Shown piece by piece: positions 19,888-26,939 of a DNA stretch of 26,939 nt; within the stretch, counting starts at the first letter, position 1, and each line of letters opens with the position of its first letter. The translations under genes were made by a program, and so were the position numbers. This DNA comes from Candidatus Moanibacter sp. Its GTDB lineage: Bacteria; Verrucomicrobiota; Verrucomicrobiia; Opitutales; UBA2987. The stretch is from NCBI GenBank assembly GCA_965215885.1, contig CBDCEW010000040.1, positions 1 to 26,939 on the forward strand. The letters are read 5' to 3'. The notes below the pieces were generated by a model. It saw nothing but the letters and a program-made list of their open reading frames with translations. It had not been told where the DNA came from and made no database searches.

Positions 19888-22800
19888 TCAGATTTTTCCT
19901 TTCAGATAGGGAGCGGTGGGACTGTCAGGGCAATCGCACAATCCGCTCACCGGACCCTGGTAGAGGATCTCACCGCCGGCATCTCCTCCTTCCGGTCCGA
20001 TCTCGACAACATAATCTGCTTCCGCGATCAGATCGATGTGGTGTTCGATAACGATCACAGTGTGCCCCTGGTCGACAAGGCGATGGAGTAACTCTATGAG
20101 CTTTTCGCAGTCACTCAAATGGAGGCCGATGGTCGGTTCTTCCAGGATGTAGAGGCTTGTCGGGGTGATGGCGCGTGAGCGTTCGGTATAAGTCTGAAGG
20201 CCTTTCGCCAATTCGCTCACCAGTTTGAGGCGCTGCGCTTCCCCACCTGACAAGGTTGGACTGCTTTGGCCAAGAGTGAGGTATCCGAGGCCGGTTTCGA
20301 CCATGAGATCGAGCATCTCTTTGAGCCGGCTATGAAAGTCGAAGAATGAGGCCGCCTCTTCAAAAGACATCTCGAGGACTTCGGCGATGTTCTTCCCTTT
20401 CCAGCGAATCTCATTCAGCTCGTTTCCGTATCGTTTGCCGCCGCAATCCTCGCAGATAACGTAGGTGTCGGGCATAAAGCTCATTTCCAGCTTTATACGG
20501 CCCGCTCCTTTACATTTCTCACAGCGGCCGTTTTTCGTATTGAAAGAATAGGTGCTGGGTGAGTGACCAAGCATTCGCGCTTCCGGGAGAGATCCGAAAA
20601 ACCTGCGGATAATGTCAAAGGCGCCGATATAGGTGGCGGGGGTGGAGCGTGGCGTCTTACCTATCGGGCTTTGGTCGACTTCGATTACGTGTCGGAACCT
20701 GTCACCGTATAGAAGTCTCTTAAAGGCAGGCTTATTTCGCGATTCGGTCTCGATACCTCCACCCAATGTAAAAGTGCGCCCATTGAGGATCCGCTTTCCG
20801 TTTTTGGAAGAGTAAACAACGGCAGGTTTCAGGAGATCTCTGACCAGGGTCGACTTACCGGCTCCGGATATTCCGCAGATCATGGTGAGCCGGCCGAGGG
20901 GCAGAGCCAGGGTGCCGCCCTTGAGGTTTCTGAGCGCTACCTCCTCTGCAATCAGCCAATTGGCCTCGCCCTTGGAGGCGTGTCGGCCGTTGGGCGGCGG
21001 CAGGGTGCGATAGCTGCCCCGGAGAGGATGCGTTATGCCCTTTCTCAGGTATTGACCTGTCAGTGAAGTCTTATGCCTCTTGATTTTGGCAAGGGAACCA
21101 CTTGCCAGCATATCCCCACCGTGGATACCCGCCCCTGGACCGAGATCGATTATTCGGTCGGCAAAGCGCATAGTGTCCTCATCGTGTTCCACAATGAGCA
21201 GGGTGTTCCCCTTTGCACGCAGCCTTTGAAGCGATTTCAGGAGATTATTATTGTCTCTGGCATGTAGTCCAATGGAGGGTTCATCAAGGACATAGAGAAC
21301 GCCGCTCAGGTTGGAACCGAGTTGTGCCGCCAGACGAATGCGTTGTGCTTCGCCCCCCGAGAGCGTGGCGGTGGCTCGTTCCAGAGAGAGATACCCAAGT
21401 CCGACGGCTTCCATGAATTTCAAACGCTCCTCAATTTCGGGAACAACGTCTTTAACAATAGCTGTCCCCCTCTTGTCCAGTTTCAGATTTCGAAGAGACG
21501 CAACAAGCTTCCTGGGTGTAAGACTCAGGAGATCGGGCAGCGCCAGCTTTCTTCCATCTTTGAAATAGAGAAAGACCGAACCGCTATTCTCATTGAGGCG
21601 GGAGCCAGTGCAGCGCGGACAGATTGTGCCGGGCTCAAAATTGTCCACTTCATCGGGATAATCATCATTTTTGTGCATCCGTTTGAGAATTCGACCATAG
21701 CCGTGACAGGTTGGACACCAGCCTTTGGGAGAGTTCCAGGAGAAGTGTTTCGGATCCAGATCCGGATAAGATTCCCCAGTGACCGGGTCGGTTCTTTTGG
21801 TCGAGAGCCAGGCGGCTATTTCTCCTTTCGGATTGGCCAGAAAACAGGTGCCTCGGCCGAGCTTCAATGCCTTATTGAGAGTAGCTGTGGTGATTCGGTG
21901 CTTCTTTCCGTCTACGGTTTGGAATCCGTGGATGACTACCTCGATATCGTGCTCGCGGTAGCGGTCCAGTTTCCTGAAATCGGAGATTTCGACGAAGTGA
22001 CCGTCGATTCTAAGCGTGGAGAAATGATGGTCGGCGGCCCAGTCAGCCAGGGGCTGATAGTGGCCCTTGCGGCCGCGCACGAGAGGGGAACAGAGGAAGA
22101 GAGGAGAGGGAGCCTTCTTTGCAAGGCTGCCAATTACACGATTGAGGCGTTTAAGAAGAGCGGCAGGTTTCCTTGTGACGAGAGGCCGGCCGGTCTTCCG
22201 ACCGTGTTGGATACCGATTCTGGCATAGAGAAGGCGCAGGTATTGAGCGACTTCAGTAATTGTTGCGACTGTGGATTTCCGTGTTCCGTGAGTAACTCTT
22301 TGCTCGATCGCCACGGTTGGTGGAATACCGCTCAAGAGATCGATATCCGGTCTCGCCATTTGCTCGACGAATTGCCTGGCATAAGGAGACATGGATTCCA
22401 TGAAGCGCCGCTGACCCTCCGCGAAGACGATATCGAAGGCTAGAGATGACTTCCCGGAGCCGGATACTCCGGTGACTACCGAAACTTCCCGATGTGGAAT
22501 TGACAGGGAGAGATTGCGTAGATTGTTCTCCCTCGCGCCGACGATCTCGACAGCTCGTGGCGTGTCGCTCCGATAGGGGCCAAGTTCTTCCGCCGCGAGC
22601 AGATTCAAATTTTCCTTAGTAGAGTAGAATGACTGAATTTTGCGTCCGTCCGATTGAGCGGCTCCTTTAGCCTTCCTCTTTTGAGGAGAATTTATCTCAG
22701 AACGGCCAGAAAACTTTGCTTCAATGAGTGTCTCTTTAAGGAAAGGAGAAGTGGGCGCCTTGTAACGAGATACCTTTTCGGGAGTGCCCTGGCAGACAAC

Positions 22801-25566
22801 CTTTCCACCCTTACTTCCCGCTTCAGGACCCATTTCGATAAGCCAGTCGGCGGATTTCAAGATGTCGAGATGATGTTCGATAACGATGAGTGTGTGACCG
22901 AGGTCGACAAGCTTTTGGAGGACGGTGATGAGTCGTTTTACATCGTGGCGATGCATTCCCGTAGTGGGTTCGTCGAGAAGGAGGAGCGAGTGGTTTTCGA
23001 TTCCACCAAATCGTGACAGATATTTGACCAGTTTGAGGCGTTGGGATTCACCTCCGCTGAGGGTATTGAGGGGTTGTCCAAGGGGGAGATATCCCAGTCC
23101 GACTTCGTCGAGAGCGAGAAGACGGGATCTAATTCTCGGTTTGTCCTCAAAAAAGTCGACGGCGGCCGAGACATTCAATTCGAGAATGTCGGATATGCTC
23201 TGTTCGCGGTAAGAAATAGTGAGAACCTCAGACTTAAAGCGCTTCCCATCGCAAACCTGACAGGTAACATAAACATCGGCCATAAACTGCATTTCGATAC
23301 GCTCGTAGCCCAGACCTTTACAGAATTCGCAGCGACCGTCGCCGCTGTTGAAGGAAAAACTGGAAGCGGTATATCCGGAAGAACGGGCTTGTTCTGTAGC
23401 CGCAAAGAGTTCTCGGATTGGGTTCCAGGCTTCACTATAGAGGACGGCATTTGATCTGGGGGTGCGACTTATGGGTGTTTGATCTACCATTACGACTTCA
23501 GAGATCTCCGTATCGCTTTCAATGCGTCGTATGGAAGCAGGATCCTCCACAGCCCTTCCCATTTGAGCCAGCATCCCCTGGTAAATAACGTTATTCAGGA
23601 GAGTGGATTTTCCCGAACCGGAGACGCCGCTGATGCCGACGAGACGTTTCAGGGGAATCTTGAGCGAGAGACTACGGATATTGTGTTTTGTGGCGTGGGA
23701 AATTCTGAGCGAGGCGTTCCCGGTTTTCCCACGAGCGCTTTTGCGTCCGTTTAACGACACTCGCCGGCGCCGTTTCGGAAGATCGATTGACCTTCTACCA
23801 TGTAGATAGTCACCGGTGATGGATGCGGAAATTCCGTGTAGTTTTTTCAGCTCACCAGCGTATACGAGATATCCACCTTCGTCTCCAGGGCCGGGACCGA
23901 GTTCAATGATCTCATCGGCGGCCCTCATTATGGATTCGTCGTGCTCAACGACGATGACGGTATTACCCTGACGGGTGAGGCTCTTAAGAATAGAGATGAG
24001 GCGATCGATGTCTCGTGAGTGAAGACCGATGGAGGGCTCATCGAGCACAAAGAGTGTGTCCACAAGGGAGGTTCCCAGACAGGAAGTAAGATTTACCCGC
24101 TCGACTTCGCCTCCGGAAAGTGTCCGTGAAGAGCGATCGAGGGTGAGGTAGCCGAGACCGACCTGTTCGAGATATTGGAGCCGGGTAAGAATGGATTTTA
24201 CTGCGATGTCGACCTGGTGGTTTCGCGTAGGCCGGTGGTGCCTCTCGATGAGGGCAAGCAGATCGCTTACGGGCAGTTTGTAGAGCTCAGGAAGTATTCG
24301 GCCGCGCCACTTCCAGTGGAGGGAATCCGGTTGAAGTCGTGTTCCCTGGCAGGCGGGGCATTTGGTGTAGGCTCTGAATTTGGACAGGAAAACGCGAACG
24401 TGCATCTTGTAGGTGTTGCCTTCGAGCCACTCAAAAAACCGCTTTACACCGTACCAGGCCCGCGGCCACTCTCTACCCTTGATCCCGTAATCAGGTTGTC
24501 CGTCAATTACGAAGCTGCGCTCCACCTCAGTGAGTCGACTATAGGAACTGTCGATGGGAATCCCCGCTTTTCGGCAGGCTTTAATCAGATCACGTTGACT
24601 CTCGCTGTAAACGGTCCCCTGGAATGCCCTGACAGCCCCCTCCCGAATGCTGAGGGATAGATCCGGTATTACGAGGCGGTAATCAATTTCGATGATGCGT
24701 CCGAAACCACGGCATGTTGGGCACGCACCCACAGGGGAATTGAAAGAAAAGAGAGGGGGCGAGGGGCGCCGGAATTGACGACCGGAAACGGGTGAGTTCA
24801 GACCCTCGGAGTAACGGTTGAGAAGTTTACCTCTCGAAGAAAAAATGTGAATCTGGCCCTGGCCAAAGTGTAGAGCCGTTTGTGCGGCATCGATGAAGCG
24901 AGCTCTCACCGAGGTTTCCATACGCAAACGGTCCTGAATAACGTAGATGTTGTCATCAGAGAGGTCTTTCGGGTTGAGTTGCTCAAGTCTCCTCATCCCT
25001 TGTCGAGTGAGAATTCGCTGGAAACCCTGCCCGGATAACGATTGCAGAATCTCATCCCAGAGAAAGTTTTCCGGCCGGGTAAGTTTGAAAGTGATGATAA
25101 CTCTCTTATTTTCGTAAGCCAGGAGTACCTTCTTCCATATCGACTGAGGGCTGTCGTCTTCGATCTTTTCTCCGGATTCAGGGTCGTATACCGAGGCCAC
25201 ATGGCAGAACCAGACTTTGAAGAAGTCACAGAGTTCGGTCATAGTACCGACGGTCGAACGCGAGGTCCTTACCGTGTTGCTCTGTCCGATGGCGATAGAG
25301 GGGCGGATGTTTTCGATGCTTTCCACGTCCGGACGATCGAGCATCTCCAGGAACTGGCGGGTGTAGGGGCTGAAAGTCTCTACGTAGCGGCGTTGGCCTT
25401 CGGCGTGGAGAGTCTCGAAGGCGAAAGAAGATTTACCAGAGCCGCTGAGGCCTGTGACGACAATCAATTTTCCGAGGGGCACATCGATGTCGAAGCCCTT
25501 TAGATTGTTTTGCCGCACACCCTTGAGACGGATGCAATCTCGAGACTGGTAACCGGGATTCTTCAC
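19888..25566 (-). CDS. uvrA: Excinuclease ABC subunit A, tandem-fused double-length form
   Basis: 1892 aa. Four Walker A motifs (GLSGSGKS, GVSGSGKST, GVSGSGKSS, GISGAGKST), four LSGGE signatures, two AEGQRR motifs, FSFNS/FSWNS plus CxxC zinc modules. Confidence 0.97.
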   Translation of the reverse strand: MKNPGYQSRDCIRLKGVRQNNLKGFDIDVPLGKLIVVTGLSGSGKSSFAFETLHAEGQRRYVETFSPYTRQFLEMLDRPDVESIENIRPSIAIGQSNTVRTSRSTVGTMTELCDFFKVWFCHVASVYDPESGEKIEDDSPQSIWKKVLLAYENKRVIITFKLTRPENFLWDEILQSLSGQGFQRILTRQGMRRLEQLNPKDLSDDNIYVIQDRLRMETSVRARFIDAAQTALHFGQGQIHIFSSRGKLLNRYSEGLNSPVSGRQFRRPSPPLFSFNSPVGACPTCRGFGRIIEIDYRLVIPDLSLSIREGAVRAFQGTVYSESQRDLIKACRKAGIPIDSSYSRLTEVERSFVIDGQPDYGIKGREWPRAWYGVKRFFEWLEGNTYKMHVRVFLSKFRAYTKCPACQGTRLQPDSLHWKWRGRILPELYKLPVSDLLALIERHHRPTRNHQVDIAVKSILTRLQYLEQVGLGYLTLDRSSRTLSGGEVERVNLTSCLGTSLVDTLFVLDEPSIGLHSRDIDRLISILKSLTRQGNTVIVVEHDESIMRAADEIIELGPGPGDEGGYLVYAGELKKLHGISASITGDYLHGRRSIDLPKRRRRVSLNGRKSARGKTGNASLRISHATKHNIRSLSLKIPLKRLVGISGVSGSGKSTLLNNVIYQGMLAQMGRAVEDPASIRRIESDTEISEVVMVDQTPISRTPRSNAVLYSEAWNPIRELFAATEQARSSGYTASSFSFNSGDGRCEFCKGLGYERIEMQFMADVYVTCQVCDGKRFKSEVLTISYREQSISDILELNVSAAVDFFEDKPRIRSRLLALDEVGLGYLPLGQPLNTLSGGESQRLKLVKYLSRFGGIENHSLLLLDEPTTGMHRHDVKRLITVLQKLVDLGHTLIVIEHHLDILKSADWLIEMGPEAGSKGGKVVCQGTPEKVSRYKAPTSPFLKETLIEAKFSGRSEINSPQKRKAKGAAQSDGRKIQSFYSTKENLNLLAAEELGPYRSDTPRAVEIVGARENNLRNLSLSIPHREVSVVTGVSGSGKSSLAFDIVFAEGQRRFMESMSPYARQFVEQMARPDIDLLSGIPPTVAIEQRVTHGTRKSTVATITEVAQYLRLLYARIGIQHGRKTGRPLVTRKPAALLKRLNRVIGSLAKKAPSPLFLCSPLVRGRKGHYQPLADWAADHHFSTLRIDGHFVEISDFRKLDRYREHDIEVVIHGFQTVDGKKHRITTATLNKALKLGRGTCFLANPKGEIAAWLSTKRTDPVTGESYPDLDPKHFSWNSPKGWCPTCHGYGRILKRMHKNDDYPDEVDNFEPGTICPRCTGSRLNENSGSVFLYFKDGRKLALPDLLSLTPRKLVASLRNLKLDKRGTAIVKDVVPEIEERLKFMEAVGLGYLSLERATATLSGGEAQRIRLAAQLGSNLSGVLYVLDEPSIGLHARDNNNLLKSLQRLRAKGNTLLIVEHDEDTMRFADRIIDLGPGAGIHGGDMLASGSLAKIKRHKTSLTGQYLRKGITHPLRGSYRTLPPPNGRHASKGEANWLIAEEVALRNLKGGTLALPLGRLTMICGISGAGKSTLVRDLLKPAVVYSSKNGKRILNGRTFTLGGGIETESRNKPAFKRLLYGDRFRHVIEVDQSPIGKTPRSTPATYIGAFDIIRRFFGSLPEARMLGHSPSTYSFNTKNGRCEKCKGAGRIKLEMSFMPDTYVICEDCGGKRYGNELNEIRWKGKNIAEVLEMSFEEAASFFDFHSRLKEMLDLMVETGLGYLTLGQSSPTLSGGEAQRLKLVSELAKGLQTYTERSRAITPTSLYILEEPTIGLHLSDCEKLIELLHRLVDQGHTVIVIEHHIDLIAEADYVVEIGPEGGDAGGEILYQGPVSGLCDCPDSPTAPYLKGKI

Positions 25567-25630
25567 CCCATCATTTCAAATGGCTTCTTAAGGGTCTTCA
25601 TCACTTCTCGAATTTTTGAAACAATGGGGT
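25565..25630 (+). mobile_element. 66-bp internally deleted MITE (ACCCCAT family)
   Basis: Consists of the first 30 nt plus the last 36 nt of the 26403-26675 element (1 mismatch each). TIR ACCCCATCATTTCAA/ACCCCATTGTTTCAA. Flanked by TC on both sides. Confidence 0.85.
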
Positions 25631-25766
25631 TCGGTAGAATCAACTTTGGCTGCGGGTGCAGAATTTGGCAATACCAGGGCGTTAATTTTCTATGGCGGAG
25701 TATGTTTTGGCGCTAAATTACTGGTTCCGCCATAGAGGGGCTGCGTATTTTTGAGTGGCAACAGGA

Positions 25767-25833
25767 ACGAAAAGCTTCCGCTTTCCGCTACAATCCGGAT
25801 CGAAGGGTGTAGCGGAAAGCGGAAGCTTTTCGT
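25767..25833. repeat. GTAG-type REP doublet, perfect 26-bp inverted repeat
   Basis: ACGAAAAGCTTCCGCTTTCCGCTACA, 15-nt spacer, TGTAGCGGAAAGCGGAAGCTTTTCGT. Outer GTGGCA/TGCCAC extension. Confidence 0.9.
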
Positions 25834-25985
25834 CTTTCCGCTGCCACCCGCTGCACTCTCAATTAAATCCAGCCGGACTGCACGCTAGGAAACGCACCTA
25901 CTCAAAACTCGGTGCCTTCAGCGAAAAGCGGGCTTGTCAATCAAGCTTAGCGGAAGTAGATGAGCAATGTCAGAGGAGGGAATTA

Positions 25986-26402
25986 ATGGTCCATGGGAAA
26001 GAGATTTCCGTGAGAGCGGAGGGGTTTTCGGATATCCGGAATCTCACCGAGCAGGTAGAGGAAGTCATCGGGGAATCCCGGGTCAGGAATGGGGTGGTTG
26101 GAATTTCCGTGATCGGATCGACCGCTTCCATAACTACTATCGAGTTTGAGCCCGCGCTGGTCGAAGACATGAAGGAGAAACTTGAAGAGATCGCCTCCCG
26201 CAAGATGAAGTCACGGCATTCGGAGACCTGGGGCGACGACAACGGATTCTCACACCTGCGGGCCTCCCTGATGGGACCCGGAATTTGCCTGCCGGTGCGG
26301 AACGGGAAGCTGCTCGTGGGGACCTGGCAGCAGGTGGTCCTCATCGACCACGACAATGCGCCGCGAGAGCGCAGAGTCTATATACAAGTAGTGGGGGAGT
26401 GA
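25986..26402 (+). CDS. yjbQ: YjbQ/UPF0047 family protein
   Basis: GSTASITTIEFEP, H..TWGDDNGFSHLRASLMG and LLVGTWQQVVLIDHD motifs. AGGAGG Shine-Dalgarno just upstream of ATG 25986. Confidence 0.9.
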   Translation: MVHGKEISVRAEGFSDIRNLTEQVEEVIGESRVRNGVVGISVIGSTASITTIEFEPALVEDMKEKLEEIASRKMKSRHSETWGDDNGFSHLRASLMGPGICLPVRNGKLLVGTWQQVVLIDHDNAPRERRVYIQVVGE

Positions 26403-26675
26403 ACCCCATCATTTCAAACGGCTTCTTAAGGGCGGAAGATAAATGGTTGATATTGAAAGAGTTATGATGAAGAATCGGAGAATCACTATCGCCACTACTT
26501 GTGAGGATAAGAAAATGCCCTTAAGAAGCCTAAATCCGATTCTGCTGTACAGCAGAACGAATAGCTGCGTTCCAGAGCGGAGACCGCTTGGTTACGTAGA
26601 AGAATACGCGCCCAAGGCGTTCTCCGGTCTGCGCCTTGCTCTTCATCACTTCTCGAATTCTTGAAACAATGGGGT
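26403..26675 (+). mobile_element. 273-bp MITE (ACCCCAT family) with internal structure
   Basis: 15-bp TIR (13/15), flanked by GA on both sides. Contains a 14-bp internal IR, an IHF consensus, an 18-bp palindrome and a long hairpin. Confidence 0.85.
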
Positions 26676-26681
26676 GAAGCG

Positions 26682-26920
26682 ATGGCGTGGCGCATAGATG
26701 AAGCGGTCGTCCGCGGTGAAATCGACAACCGGATAAAAGGCAGCGTGACGGGCAAGAATTATACCTGCGCTTTTATGCCGATGAGGAGTGGCGCAATCAG
26801 TGGGCGGAGGATTTTCCCAAGGACGTCATCCTTCCCCATGAGGACCCTCCTTATGAAAAAGACCATTTGTTGCCCCAGATTGAGGAGGAGTTGCCTCCGG
26901 AGGAGGAATCTGTCGACTGA
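26682..26920 (+). pseudogene. Internally deleted remnant of a conserved hypothetical protein
   Basis: MAWRIDEAVVRGEIDNRIKGSVTGK from ATG 26682 joins out of frame (~26757) to LYLRFYADEEWRNQWAEDFPKDVILPHEDPPYEKDHLLP...TGA 26920. Both pieces look like protein termini (family recalled, not searched). Confidence 0.5.
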
Positions 26921-26939
26921 GCGTTCGGAATTCGCGGAG

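Noticed and set aside
21322..22443. 373-aa plus-strand ORF and other long antisense or overlapping ORFs (e.g. 1114-1824, 2922-3770, 18352-19134)
   Set aside because: Shadow frames of well-supported genes, with no recognisable motifs.
25755..25985. 77-aa N-terminal extension of YjbQ
   Set aside because: It runs through a REP doublet, and a strong Shine-Dalgarno precedes ATG 25986.
25565..26675. Composite transposon carrying yjbQ between two MITEs
   Set aside because: Each MITE has its own 2-bp duplication and the outer flanks differ (TC vs GA), which favours independent insertions.

Overview
A housekeeping-gene region heavily colonised by mobile and repetitive DNA, probably from a PVC-superphylum (Verrucomicrobia-like) bacterium; the taxonomy is inferred mainly from the double-length UvrA. 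Host genes: a DUF2339/DUF3999 membrane pair, eno, arsC, an AAE17/18-like acyl-CoA ligase, a membrane sensor kinase lacking its phosphoacceptor His, a DivK-like receiver, ggt (IS-disrupted), a tandem-fused 1892-aa uvrA and yjbQ. Mobile DNA: an unusual 741-aa HTH-DDE transposase element with an IS1380 nested at its right inverted repeat, and an ISAs1 element whose transposase is fused to a DUF4338/DruA-like domain (10-bp target duplication inside ggt). There are also two MITE families, one present as a structured 273-bp copy and a 66-bp deletion derivative, both at GAAG. Several REP-like palindrome families occur, including a REP-IHF-REP unit, plus a ~430-bp array of alternating inverted 12-nt-period repeats. 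Family names come from motif recognition; no database search was run.
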